Assembly: GCA_000004985.1 (NCBI GenBank)
Contig: GG738877.1
Reading direction: 5' to 3' (one strand)
Source: Naegleria gruberi
Taxonomy: Eukaryota
DNA length: 64,000 nt
A program made the position numbers and the translations under genes. The notes below the pieces were generated by a model. It did no database searches, was not told the origin of the DNA, and saw only the letters and a list, made by a program, of their open reading frames with translations. Of this stretch, positions 10,299 to 21,891 are shown one piece after another. Position 1 is the first letter of the stretch, and each line of letters starts with the position of its first letter.

Positions 10299-12727
10299 AT
10301 GAAGAGGAGTTTAGCTTCTTCATCTTCTTCATCTTCACCTCCAACAAACGCTAGAACAACAACAGAAAGCTGTTCATCAACACCTCCCAAGCAAAATGTT
10401 TCAGAGAGTAATAATAGTAATAATCCTCAACAATGTAGAACTCCAAAGAGAAAGATGATATCTCTGAAATCTTTGATGTCCAGTCTGCATTGCTCTCCGA
10501 TTAAACCAATCAATACCAACAACAATATTTCTGGATTGTATGATAGTAATGAAGATCATGTTGTGGCTTCTTCAAATAATTGTACAAGAATCACCACATC
10601 AATTAGTAATGCTGATAATAACCAGATTAGTAACAGAAATCAAGAGACTCACCTTACACCACCTTTATTCCCTGTTAGTGACGAATTAGATAGAAAGTTA
10701 ATGCCATCACCAAGGAAGAAAATCACACTTCGAGTTAAATCTTCCCCTAAGAATAGTACTAGTAGTAGTTCAGGAACAACAACACCAGCAGCAAAACATC
10801 ACGACAATACCAAAACACCCCTCACCATTTACAGCACGAGAGTAGCAGACTCTTGTTCATCATCTGATTACCACAGATCATCCACAGCAGTCGAATCACC
10901 ATGCCCATCACAACCAGTTGTTGAAAATATTCCCATGGATCAAGTAGTTGGTTTCTTCTTTTTATACGAAAGTCATGAAAGTTTGAAACAAGCAACTTAT
11001 TGTCAGGTTGTGCCATTAAGGAAAGGTAAAAGTTTGATATCAAGAAAGGGGGCTGATGAAGTAATTAGAAATAAGAAATTACCATCCTTTGATCATTGGA
11101 TTTGTATAGATAGGACTTATATTTCAAGAGTACATGCTCTAGTAGAGGTATCGAATGGAGAGTTTGTATTTGTAGAGGATCTCTCATCCTCAAATAGTAC
11201 TCACATTGTGGAAAAAACTGAAAAGAGGAAGATTAATGTAAATATTGAATCTAACAAGTTATACCAATTGAGGGATTGTAATTATATTCTTTTTGGAAAG
11301 TTATTATGTCAGTATAGAGAAAATTCAGAATTGAGTGAACAATCAGTATCTGAAGCTATGCAGGTTTATTACAAATCTTGTAATGCAACCAAGACACCAC
11401 AAAAACCAAAGAAAACTCCACAGCTTACCGCTTCTAGAGATGGATCTCAGAGACAGAGAATGTCAACAATACCTGAGACTCCTGAATTTAACAGACCTTC
11501 AAAACTTCCTTCAATAAGGGATAAAATTGTACCACCAACAGTTTATGCTGACAGAACATCCAAAACATCGGCATTGGCATTCGAAACACCAAAACGTATT
11601 CAAGAGTGTTTGAAAACTCAACAATCAGAAAATCCAATCCTCTCCATTGAACAAACCCCTCCATCCATATCTAAGCCATCCTCGAGCACATCGAGTGGTT
11701 TTGTAACACCATCCAATGTTGTAATAGTAGAAACTCCAAGCAATGGTTCATCAAATGATAAGAAAGACTCTCCCCAAGCTAGTGATCAGAGTGATCATCT
11801 CAACCTTACAGACATTGATCTTTCTTCTTTAAGCTTACCTGATGAATTATTTGAGGACATTGAAGAACATGAGGAAAAGAAACAGGAATCAACCTTAGAG
11901 GATGAAATGTTGGAGGATGAAATAGTTTTAACCGATTATGACGATGAAGAAGAAAATGAAAGGAAAAGATCGTTTGAGGATGAAGAGGAATCTTTTATTG
12001 CTCCAAAGAAAAAGAAGCTAAAGACAAAGAAGAGCGATCATCAAAGTCCACATATTTTATTTACTGGAATTTCACCAACAGAGGAAAATATTAAAGCTAT
12101 AGAAAGGTTAGGAGGCGTTCTAGTCGAAGAACCAGAGGCAGAGTTGTTAGCTTCAAGATTGACTCACCTCATAACAGACAAGATCAGAAGGTTTGTATTT
12201 TGCTTTTAATTATACGAAAACATTTCAAAATAAGAACTGTAAAATTCTTGTGTGCTTTGGGCAGTTGTCCAAATATTGTGACAGTGGAATGGTTGGAAAA
12301 GAGTGCCAGATCGAAATACTTTATTGATGAAGAAGGATACTATTTACAAGACTTGGAAGGTGAACAAAAATTCAACATGTCACTCATTGAGGTAATGAAC
12401 AGAAGGGATAGACTTTCCCGTAAGCTTTTTCACAAAATGAGTTTCTTCCTCACTAGCAATATTCAACCACGAGTGGAAGAAATGAAATTAATTATTGAAT
12501 GCAATGGTGGAACAACTATACCAACTCTGAACGGTCTCAAATCTGAACTTGGAATCCATAACAGAGTTTTTGTAATCACTACTGAAAATGATGTAAGTGT
12601 TCGAAAATTTCTTTTTTTACTAAATTTTAAAAGAGAGCTTATTGTACCAAGAGCCTATTTCCAATATTTTCTGATTTTGGAGTGGAAAATTTGGAAAATC
12701 ATTTCTTTACCAACGAATTTATTCTAA
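10299..12727 (+). CDS. FHA-domain plus tandem-BRCT-domain protein (MDC1/Nbs1-like DNA-damage mediator architecture); 2 exons (10299-12190, 12235-12727)
   Basis: FHA-like segment (WICIDRTYISRVHALVEVSNGEFVFVEDLSSSNSTHI); Ser-rich linker; first BRCT (HILFTGISPTEENIKAIERLGGVLVE...LTHLITDKIRR) continuing across a 44-nt gtttgt..aataag intron into RTVKFLCALGSCPNIVTVEWLEKS; a second BRCT-like segment follows. Confidence 0.6.
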
Positions 12728-12839
12728 CCTCTGTCATCAATCAAAATATTATTAAGAACAGTATTACAAAGTTTAACATTCACCCAACACAAAATAATGG
12801 ATCTAACTTTTCCAAGCTGGTAATTAAAAGAAAATAATT

Positions 12840-14648
12840 TTATGCCATATCAGATATTTCCTTATCCTGTCTCAATCTTGAGAGGCTATAGGCTGGGGAG
12901 GCTTTTTTAGTAGGCAGAGATCTACCAACAATTGAGGCTCTAATATTCCATTCATCCTCTGAATCGGACAATTGAGCCGGAGATGCTGATCTAAGAGTCT
13001 TCTTATCAGCATTACCAAATCTGTAAATCTTTGCATCAGAACCAACAAGATTGACTTCACCATCTTCGTCTTCTCTGAATTCCATAGCACTCACTGATCT
13101 TTGATTGGCAATCTTATCAATTATACTGAGGGCACTTAGAGTTTGATTTGAAAGTGGTCTACTACCTGCATTACTGACATCTGTTGCACTCTTCTTATTT
13201 GGAACGTTACCCTTTTGCATCTTGTGGTATGCACTGTTACCGAAAATATGAGGCATTCTTTCCTTTGGTGGAGAGGTAGTGCTTCTATTAACAATATTCA
13301 GTGGATCATCCTGCGTAGATTTGATCTTCTTGGCCGATGGACGAGCTTCTTCACGAACAATTGAATTGGCCATGTTTTGGCTATTTGAGAGAGGAATGCT
13401 TTGACGCCTCGAAGGGCTACCATTAGAGGAAGCAAATGAAAAATTGGCTGTTGGTGGATTTTCCTTAAGTTGCAGAACTTCCTTATCCAATTTGGCATAC
13501 ATTGACATGATGAATTCATAGTCTGCCTTAATCTTTTCCAATTCCTTAACATTTGATTTGAATCCTAGCAAGTGATAGACATCCTTCTTTTCCATTTTGG
13601 TATTAATTTTATCCTCCAAATCCTTCTTTGTGGCATGAATATTCAAGTTGAAATCTTCCCTCAAATCTTGCTTTACAGCAGCAATTCTATGTTGAAGAGT
13701 ATCCTTAAGAGTGTCTACATAATCCTTGAGCTCATTAACCTTTGTTTGGATTTTAGTTAATGTTAAATCGCCCATATTTAGTCTGAGTGGAGCTGAAAGA
13801 TCTGAAAGACTGTTCACACTTTGAGAACTTTCTTGAGATTCTAATGGGTAATGTCTTTCAAGTGGTGATCCACTTTCTTTAGCTGTATTTGGTTCTGAAA
13901 GTTTCCTCAAGTCAAAATTATCTGGCGTAGTATATACATTTTCTTCCCTAGAAAGCTTTCTCTTAGATTTCTTCTTGTCTACAAGTGGAGTTGATTCTCC
14001 TTTGGATTTTTTATCGTCCTCCAGTATGTCATCAATTTCTATTTCTGCATCTAGTGTAATGTTTGTTCCATTATTCTTATTGAGAGACTGATTAATTCTG
14101 GAAAGTCTTGATTGTAACTTTTTAAAGTTTTCAGAATATTCACGAATAGAATCTTCCATCCTAATAGTTCTGTATTCCAATCTGTCAACCAATTGTTGGA
14201 GTGATGATGTTTTTCTGTCAGCCTTATTAGACAATTCTATCGTTGTTTTTAAGTTGTCGGTTATGGCACTATCCACTTCTTTCATTTTGTCTGCATACCT
14301 AGTTTTAAAATCTATAATATCAGCCGTTATGGAAGACACTTCTCTATCGACTGATGTTTTTACACTTGTATGAATATCTCTTCTGACACTATCAACAAGA
14401 GCTTCGTGACTTTCTTTCAGAGAGTCTCCAAACTGTATTTTAACGTCTTCCTTGACCTGATTTAGTTGTTTCCTTAATTCTGCCTGTGTAACAAATGTTT
14501 GTTCTAGTGCTGCAATACGAACGGAATTGTTTTCCGCCGTGTTGAGAATTTCCTTCAGCACTAGAATCAAATTACTCATATTAATGTTCGTATGAACATT
14601 AATAAGGTTTTCTAGTAGCAGGGAGGCATCTCCCGTTTGATTTACCAT
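12840..14648 (-). CDS. Long coiled-coil protein with a Ser-rich C-terminal half, function unknown
   Basis: 602-aa uninterrupted ORF with a heptad-rich N-terminal 350 aa and no catalytic motifs. Confidence 0.5.
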   Translation of the reverse strand: MVNQTGDASLLLENLINVHTNINMSNLILVLKEILNTAENNSVRIAALEQTFVTQAELRKQLNQVKEDVKIQFGDSLKESHEALVDSVRRDIHTSVKTSVDREVSSITADIIDFKTRYADKMKEVDSAITDNLKTTIELSNKADRKTSSLQQLVDRLEYRTIRMEDSIREYSENFKKLQSRLSRINQSLNKNNGTNITLDAEIEIDDILEDDKKSKGESTPLVDKKKSKRKLSREENVYTTPDNFDLRKLSEPNTAKESGSPLERHYPLESQESSQSVNSLSDLSAPLRLNMGDLTLTKIQTKVNELKDYVDTLKDTLQHRIAAVKQDLREDFNLNIHATKKDLEDKINTKMEKKDVYHLLGFKSNVKELEKIKADYEFIMSMYAKLDKEVLQLKENPPTANFSFASSNGSPSRRQSIPLSNSQNMANSIVREEARPSAKKIKSTQDDPLNIVNRSTTSPPKERMPHIFGNSAYHKMQKGNVPNKKSATDVSNAGSRPLSNQTLSALSIIDKIANQRSVSAMEFREDEDGEVNLVGSDAKIYRFGNADKKTLRSASPAQLSDSEDEWNIRASIVGRSLPTKKASPAYSLSRLRQDKEISDMA

Positions 14649-15118
14649 TCTCTCTGCTACAATATTCTTTGATCAATATTATATGATGATGATGATAATA
14701 CTTTAATGATTAGTTATTTTCAATCACACCAACCGACACAAAATGACGATGGTAAGGTATTAATGTCCAATGATTGTTCTATTTTTTTTCAATAGTGTAA
14801 CGTCTTTTTTTTTCGTTGACAACATCAAACAACAACTGTAAGCGTAGATTTTCTGGTGGGTTTTAAATTTGATAACAACAAGAATATAAGGGAGATATTT
14901 TTTCAACACAGCATTTCCTTAATTGTATAAAACAATGTTGAATGGAAACAATGGGTTTTCTCCAAAGAATTATCCAATGTTTGACCTAATTGTTATTATA
15001 TTCACAGCACCTATGATGATAGATTGTTTCAAGGCAGTACTATTGATAAACCGATTAATAAAAAGTGATGAATAGATGAAACCTTCATGATAAATAATTT
15101 AATGGTTGTTGTTACTGT

Positions 15119-17272
15119 TTATTTAACTTGCTTCTTACCAACCTTATCAGAGGCTGTTTGCTTTTGTTCTGGATAAGCTTGTTTAATATCTTCCCATAAC
15201 TTAATACGGTCAATCAAATCATTAAGGACAGTGATGAGATCAGAAATTGGAACAATAACTTGTTCACATGAGTCACGTTCTCTGATGGTAACAGTACCAG
15301 CTGTCACACTGTTGTCATCAATAGTGATGGCAAATGGAATACCAATATCATCAGCACGAGCATACTTCTTACCAATGTTTTGGTTACCAGCATCAACACG
15401 ATGGCTGATACCATATCTAGCCAAAGATTGTTGCAACTTCTTGACAATTTGATCTTGGTCAGCCTTGATTGGTAAAAGGGCAACCTTGTATGGAGCAATT
15501 GCTGGTGGGAGAGACAAAACAGCTCTTTGAATCTTATCTTCTTCCTTTTCATGTTCTTGCTTTGGTCTGACCCAGTAAGAATGTTCAAGGAGACAATAAA
15601 TAATACGACCAATACCGAATGATGGTTCAATAACACCAGGAGTATAATTACGACCAAGGATCTTCTTTTCACGCTTAGGGAAAGCAATGAGATCTTTGGT
15701 GAGTTCAATGGTCTTATCGATAGATTCAACTCTGAAAGAAATCTTACCAGTTTCGTCTAATTGTTTTTGTAAATCAAGTCTTTCTTGGTCAGTGAGGGAA
15801 TTCAAATAAGTCATAACTGGTTCGACATCACCCTTCAAAATCTTACCAATCTTTTGTTTGACTGGTTCGACAGCAACGAATTCTTCAACAGTTGGAGTTT
15901 CGAATGATTCATAAGCAACGAGTTCGTTCTTTGAGTATTTAGAGTGGTTTTCCAAATCGAAGCATGATCTGTTGGCAATACCAACAACTTCAATCCAACC
16001 ATATGAAGTCAACAATTCACAATCCCAACAATCACGAGCATAGTGAGCCATTTCGTTAGCCAAATGTTGACGGAATCTGATAGCAGTTGGCAAAACACCA
16101 CATTCATCCATAAACAATTTAACTCTAGCAATATAGTAGGCATGAGTCTTGTTTGTAAGCCATCCTTTTTCCATAGCTTCAGCAATAGTCAAGTCAACTG
16201 GGTTCAAACCTTGAGTTTGATTTTCACGAGAGAAGAATGGAACTCTAATAGATGAGATAGTGTCCAACTTTGGATGTTCATCAACATCTGGATTGAGGAA
16301 GTGTTCAATTTCGGCGAGAGTGAATTCTCTAACTCTGAGCAAACCAGATCTTGGTGAAATTTCATTTCTGAAAGCTTGACCAATTTGTGCAGAGGCAAAT
16401 GGCATTTGCTTACCATTATATTCCAACAAACGCTTAAAGTTGACAAAAATACCTTGGGCAGTTTCTGGACGGAGGTAACCCTTCAATTTACCAGTTGGAC
16501 CAATTGGAGTGGAGAACATCAAATTGAATGGATATGAGGCAGACAATTCATTACCAGTAGTTGGACTCTTAATACCATATTTTTGGATGAGTTCATCAAG
16601 ACCCTTTCCATCATAGTCATCAATCTTCTTCTTAACCAAAGCATATTCTTCAGTCTTTTCTTGTGTCAATTCAGAGTTTTCTTCCAACTCGGTATCAATA
16701 AATTCACCAACCAATTTATCGGCACGGAAACAGTCATTGGTAACAACATCTTTAACCATCCAATCGGCAAATCTTTGAACGTGACCAGAGGCAACAAAAA
16801 CAGTTTCAGGGGTCAAGGAAGAACAATCAACTTCGAGCATATTTTCTTCATTAACAAAGTGTCTTCTCCACAAATCCAAAATATTAGCCTTGATAGCACA
16901 AGCTGGAGGACCATAGTCATACAAACCAGCAACACCACCATAAATTTCAAAGGAAGGAATGACAAAGAATCTTCTTGTGAGCAATTCGTTGAATTCTTCT
17001 GGGTTGATGTGAAGTTTATCAGGGTTTGCTCTGTTCCATTCCTTGGTGATTTGATTAATTTCCTTCTTCATGGTATCAATTTCTTTACCCTTTTGTTTGA
17101 TGAGTTCCTTATCACCTGCTGAATTCTTCAAATTAGTAATTTCGTCCTTTAATAAACCCATTTGAACTTTCTTTTCTTGGAGTTTTCTTCCAATTTCTTC
17201 ATATGCTTCTTGAGTAGAAGTCTTTCCTCTAGCCTTGCTTTGGGAGGCCTCAGCTGATGAGTTGTTGATCAT
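15119..17272 (-). CDS. GARS: Glycyl-tRNA synthetase, eukaryotic class II dimeric type with an N-terminal WHEP domain
   Basis: 717-aa single ORF. WHEP-like KLQEKKVQMGLLKDEITNLK; class II motif 2 (FRNEISPRSGLLRVREFTLAEIEHF); GlyRS-specific blocks (YYIARVKLFMDECG, GIGRIIYCLLEHS) and an anticodon-binding C-terminus. ATG at 17272. Confidence 0.95.
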   Translation of the reverse strand: MINNSSAEASQSKARGKTSTQEAYEEIGRKLQEKKVQMGLLKDEITNLKNSAGDKELIKQKGKEIDTMKKEINQITKEWNRANPDKLHINPEEFNELLTRRFFVIPSFEIYGGVAGLYDYGPPACAIKANILDLWRRHFVNEENMLEVDCSSLTPETVFVASGHVQRFADWMVKDVVTNDCFRADKLVGEFIDTELEENSELTQEKTEEYALVKKKIDDYDGKGLDELIQKYGIKSPTTGNELSASYPFNLMFSTPIGPTGKLKGYLRPETAQGIFVNFKRLLEYNGKQMPFASAQIGQAFRNEISPRSGLLRVREFTLAEIEHFLNPDVDEHPKLDTISSIRVPFFSRENQTQGLNPVDLTIAEAMEKGWLTNKTHAYYIARVKLFMDECGVLPTAIRFRQHLANEMAHYARDCWDCELLTSYGWIEVVGIANRSCFDLENHSKYSKNELVAYESFETPTVEEFVAVEPVKQKIGKILKGDVEPVMTYLNSLTDQERLDLQKQLDETGKISFRVESIDKTIELTKDLIAFPKREKKILGRNYTPGVIEPSFGIGRIIYCLLEHSYWVRPKQEHEKEEDKIQRAVLSLPPAIAPYKVALLPIKADQDQIVKKLQQSLARYGISHRVDAGNQNIGKKYARADDIGIPFAITIDDNSVTAGTVTIRERDSCEQVIVPISDLITVLNDLIDRIKLWEDIKQAYPEQKQTASDKVGKKQVK

Positions 17273-17489
17273 TTTTGTTTTTTATTTTTTTTGAAAGTGT
17301 TATTCATTTTTAATTCGTTTTATTTTTGGATTTATACAATAGATGTCTATGATGTTGAAGGTGTGTAAGAATTTCGGAAAGAATGGTCAAAATGAGCAAT
17401 GCACCAGTTGAGGAGAATTTCATTATCATTCGTGCATTGAGAGAGATGTATGGAAATTCAAATTGTAAGTTTATGAAGAGGTTGAAGAG

Positions 17490-18065
17490 TTATTCATCTC
17501 GTTGGTTATTTGATTCGGTTGCCGTTTCGGTGGTTTCTTCCTTATTCTCAATCTTGTTATCCTCAATGTTATTTGTATTCTCCAACTTTTCTTCGACCAT
17601 AGGTTCTTCAGCGACTTCTAAAATATGAGGAGATTCAGGAATTGAAGGCAAATCCACAATAACAGGAATATCTTCAGGCAATTTTGGTTTTTGCTCAACT
17701 TCCTTGATTTCTTCATTATTTGAATCAGTATTGTTTCCTTCTTCTTTTAGTTCAGTTTGCTTTTGTTCAACAACTGGTTGGAACACTTGTCCCATCAAAT
17801 CCTTATAACTTTGAGGAGTTTCAACAACTTCCGAATAAATTATTGGAACTGAACTCTCAGTATAGGATGGTGGAGTAGTAAATTCCTTGGCCATTAAGGT
17901 CCTATTGCTTTCAATTAGGCTTTCAACTTGGGCAGAGAAGAGCTTTTGCTTTAACAACATTGTGTTCAATTCTTCATATTGCTTGATGTTTTCTTCTGTC
18001 AGCTGATCAAAGATGTTCTTGTAAAGCACAACATCCTTTAAATCAAAATTTGGTTTGTTAAACAT
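17490..18065 (-). CDS. Acidic coiled-coil ORF; either a separate small gene or the last exon of the Kelch gene at 18112-19356
   Basis: 191-aa Glu-rich ORF. A 43-nt candidate intron (gttagt..cttatag, 18081-18123) would join Kelch ...LDLDEK to QLSEEMFNKPNF... in frame. Otherwise only 46 bp separate the two ORFs. Confidence 0.4.
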   Translation of the reverse strand: MFNKPNFDLKDVVLYKNIFDQLTEENIKQYEELNTMLLKQKLFSAQVESLIESNRTLMAKEFTTPPSYTESSVPIIYSEVVETPQSYKDLMGQVFQPVVEQKQTELKEEGNNTDSNNEEIKEVEQKPKLPEDIPVIVDLPSIPESPHILEVAEEPMVEEKLENTNNIEDNKIENKEETTETATESNNQRDE

Positions 18066-18111
18066 TTCCTCAGAGAGTTGCTATAAGATGTCAGGTTATT
18101 TACAATAAAAG

Positions 18112-19356
18112 TTAGAAACTAACCTTCTCATCTAAATCTAAAATAATTTCCTCTATGTCCTTCTTTTCTTTTGGTTTTTCAGTTTCAACAGGTACTTCAG
18201 CGCAATTATTCATGTTGATTTTGAGAATGGCTTCTTGGTTATTGAATAAATGGTTTTTTCCTCCAAATATTAAGACTGACCCATCCAGATAAACACTAGC
18301 ATGCCCAAATCTCTTTGAATCTTTTTCAGTCTCGAGATTATGTGAATACTTCTTCCATTCAAATGTTGCTAAATTGAGGGAGTATAAATCATTCTTTGGG
18401 CCTCCAATGTTCCATCCACCATAAATAATCATGCTATCATTACAAACAACAGAACTATGATTTTCTCTTCCGCATGGTATATTTCCAGTGGTGCTCATTG
18501 AGGTCCAACTCAATTCGGAAAGAGAAAGCGACCAAACTTCATTGGAATATGAACCACCAACTTTACCTCCAAAAATTACTAAACTATCAGTTTGCTGATT
18601 GTAAACCATTGTGTGACCAGATCGAGGGGTAGGAGAATCACCATTCACCATTACCTTACTCCACAACTTGGTTTCATTGTCAAAAACAAATACATCGTTG
18701 AAAACACTCTCTGATCCAACTTGAGAAGAAATGCCTCCAAAGATGTACATCTTGTTGGCAACAGCTGCTGTTGAGTGTTGCTTCCTTCCTTGTGGGACTA
18801 GAGTTGTGTCTTGATCAGCATTTTCTGGAGCAACAGCCCACTCTAATTTTTCCAAGTCTAAACAATAGATACAATTATTTCCACCATTAATCCATTGATT
18901 ATCAGTTCCTCCAAAGATGATCATATTATTTTCAAATACTACTAAGGAATGACTGTCTGTTTTAGGAGGGAAATCAAAACATCTTGGCTTCTTCCATGAG
19001 ATACGCTTATTTGATTCTCCTTCAAGTATTGTAAGGCTGTTCGTCCAAAATCCACTAGAATTTTCCCCTCCATAAATGTAAACCTTATTAGCGACTGCAA
19101 TTGCTCTTTGCAAAAAATTGGCTGGTCCTTCCCCTTCAACATTAATCACAACTATATTGGAATCAGAAGATGTTGTTTCTGTTGTTCTTGTTGGAATATT
19201 ATCAATGGAAACAGTGGTAGAATCTGATATTTCGCAAGTAGTAGTGGATGGTACTTCCTCAGTAACAATGGATGTTGTTGCCGATGATGATTGCAACATT
19301 GTTGTTGATTCTTCAGGTAATACTGAAACTGGGGCTTCCTCTGATACAACAGACAT
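18112..19356 (-). CDS. Kelch-repeat beta-propeller protein with a Ser/Thr-rich N-terminus
   Basis: Six Kelch-type repeats (KVYIYGGENSSGFW..., NMIIFGGTDNQWI..., KMYIFGGISSQ..., SLVIFGGKVGGSY..., SMIIYGGWNIGG..., SVLIFGGKNHL...). Confidence 0.8.
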   Translation of the reverse strand: MSVVSEEAPVSVLPEESTTMLQSSSATTSIVTEEVPSTTTCEISDSTTVSIDNIPTRTTETTSSDSNIVVINVEGEGPANFLQRAIAVANKVYIYGGENSSGFWTNSLTILEGESNKRISWKKPRCFDFPPKTDSHSLVVFENNMIIFGGTDNQWINGGNNCIYCLDLEKLEWAVAPENADQDTTLVPQGRKQHSTAAVANKMYIFGGISSQVGSESVFNDVFVFDNETKLWSKVMVNGDSPTPRSGHTMVYNQQTDSLVIFGGKVGGSYSNEVWSLSLSELSWTSMSTTGNIPCGRENHSSVVCNDSMIIYGGWNIGGPKNDLYSLNLATFEWKKYSHNLETEKDSKRFGHASVYLDGSVLIFGGKNHLFNNQEAILKINMNNCAEVPVETEKPKEKKDIEEIILDLDEKVSF

Positions 19357-19725
19357 TTTTTATTTTAATTTTTACAGTTTAAATTTGGGCGCCAATTCTG
19401 TCTTAACTGAAAACTCATTAAAATTATATTATTTGTACATTTATAACTATTTAGCAAACATTTTAGTTTGAATTAGTTTGGACGATAAGTTTTTAAAGAT
19501 TTTTCAAGAAAACATTAAAAAATCTATTGTAAACTCTAGCTAACATTATAATGTTACTCAAAGATTGTGATTCGACAATTGGGCTCAACCAGTTCACTCT
19601 TAAACCTTCACAATTAACTCATGTGGATAAATTTCCTTAACTGGATCCTATCACATTGAGACAATCCAAGACTTTTAACATCACCCTTCGTCTGTTTCAT
19701 CGATCAAAAAACTCCTACAAAAAAA

Positions 19726-21490
19726 ATGCTCAACCACTCTCGTTCCGATTTGTGGTCAGGAAAATCTTCTCGGATCATCACGAGTTATTCATCACCATCT
19801 TCATGGATGATGGTTATTGTATTGGTGTTGTTGATGATTTTTAATGTGATGATATCTTTTACTAGTGCACAATATGCACCAAATCCAATTTTATATGAAG
19901 TTTCAACTCGTCCATGGTTATATGAATTATCACAAAAGTATGGTTATCAAATTCGTTTGAACAATATTCCAATGAAGGAATTTCAAGCATTGAAAAATCA
20001 AGGAGTTCAATATATTTGGATGATGGGAATGTGGACTATTGGAAACTATGGTAGATGTAGAGCTACTGATCTTGCTATGAGAGCTACTGATTATGCAGTT
20101 AATTTACCTGATTATCAAATGAGTGATATTATTGCATCTCCATATCAAGTTTTGGAATATACTGTCAATCAACAAGAAATAGGAACTGATAATGATTTGA
20201 TTAATTTGAGACAACAATTGAATGCTATGGGATTAAAATTAATGCTCGATTTTGTTCCAAATCACAGTGCAGTTGATAATCCACTCGTTGAAACAAATTC
20301 ATCCATGTTTATTTTGGCTCCACCAAATCTTTCACCACCTTATGATGCTTATTCCTATCTTCCAAATGGAGTTGCATACGGAAAGGATGGTTATTTTCCT
20401 GCTTGGACTGATACTGCTCAATTGTAAGTGTTGAAATATATTGGTCAATATTAACTTGAAATAATTCAATAGCAATTATTGGAATCAACAGACTAGAAAT
20501 TACCAATTAGGAAATCTAATGAAAGTTGCCAGCATGGCTGATGCAATCAGATGTGACATGGCTATGTTGCCACTCAATTCTCAAATTACCAGAATCTGGG
20601 GACAACAACTCAATCAAAGAGGATACACTCAACCATCGACTGAATTTTGGCAATGGGCAATTTCAACTGTTAAGTCCAAATTCCCAAATACTATCCTTTT
20701 AGCTGAGGTTTATTGGGGTTTGAATGGAGAATTACAACAACTTGGATTTGATTTTACCTACGATAAGGATTTATATGATGCCTTGACAGCTAACAGTAAT
20801 ACTGCTAATATTCATACTTATTTCCTCAACCAACCTTTGTCTTATTTGGCTCACTCTGCTCACTTTGTAGAAAACCACGATCAATCAAGAGCTGTTGCTA
20901 ACTTTGGTTCTGTTGATAGAGCTAATGCTGGTATGTTCAAATTTTTTGCATTTTAACACGAGTTATAATTGACCAAAATAGCCTGTGCCATTTCCTTCTC
21001 TGTACCTGGTATGAAATTTAGTTATTTCGGCCAATGGGTTGGTAAGAAGAATCCACTCGTTGTTCAATTGAGAAGAAGTACCACTGAACCAGTTCAACCA
21101 GATGCTATTAATTTCTATACTGCTTTCATTCCAATTGTTGCCAACTTTACAGTTCCTGGATCAGTATTCTCATACAAGACTGTTGGTCAAAGCAATATTG
21201 CCTATCGTGTATTCGCTTTCCATTGGAGAGTTCCATCCACTGGCTACAGCTATTTGGTTACTGTTAATTATAGTGCTAATCAAGGAAATGGTGCAATCAT
21301 TCTCGATGATGTACCAAATACTAATACTGATATTATTTTTGTTGAGCTCTTCTCTGGAACTCAATATTCCAGAAATGCTCAACAAGTAAGACAAAGTGGT
21401 TTGTTTGTGGTTTTGGATAGTTATCAAGTTCAGATTTTTAAATACCAATCCACCACTCCTTCCTTTAAATTTAATATTAAAAAACATTAA
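19726..21490 (+). CDS. Secreted GH13 alpha-amylase-family glycoside hydrolase, 3 exons (19726-20423, 20497-20930, 20982-21490)
   Basis: Signal peptide (MMVIVLVLLMIFNVMISFTSA). GH13 region I (LMLDFVPNHSA), region II-like (ADAIRCDMAML), and, across the second intron, ANAACAISFSVPGMKFSYFGQ (region IV-like). Introns gtaagt..gactag (73 nt) and gtatgt..aaaatag (51 nt) restore one frame across the three ORF-track pieces. Confidence 0.8.
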
Positions 21491-21587
21491 TTTATTCCGA
21501 ATAAATAGATACAATTTCTTTTCACATAATTATTCAAATCATCAATAAACTCCGATATCAAATCAAAATAATATTATCATCATTAAA

Positions 21588-21891
21588 TTATTTTTCGGCA
21601 CGTTTAAAAGCTTCAGTAGTTCTAAGTTGTTCTCTCTTTTGCAATTGTTGTAATTCTTGTCTGACATCTCTCTTTGGAAGACTAATTTACAAAATAATTA
21701 TTAAATATATTATTCTCATCCACACTTACTAAACAGGTGTTGCAACACCAGCAACCATGACAGCAAGAGCCAAAGTTGATAATGTGGCCACTCTCTTTCC
21801 AGGATGTCTATTCCGATGATCATTAAATTATTTTCCACAATAAAACAAACCTCCAAATATCCTTGATTAAGTCCAATGCACTTTTAACCAT
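21588..21891 (-). CDS. Small 71-aa single-TM protein, 3 exons (21851-21891, 21730-21807, 21588-21681); not in the ORF track
   Basis: ATG in an aaaaATG context. Introns of 43 nt (gtttgt..gaatag) and 48 nt (gtaagt..aaattag) keep the frame. Product is MVKSALDLIKDIWRRHPGKRVATLSTLALAVMVAGVATPVYLPKRDVRQELQQLQKREQLRTTEAFKRAEK*, with a basic N-terminus, a hydrophobic segment and a charged coiled tail. Confidence 0.4.

Noticed and set aside
19118-19471. 117-aa plus-strand ORF
   Set aside because: Antisense to the Ser/Thr-rich N-terminus of the Kelch gene.
21102-21514. ORFs 21102-21389 (+) and 21170-21514 (-)
   Set aside because: Wrong-frame and antisense overlaps of amylase exon 3, which has clear GH13 similarity in its own frame.
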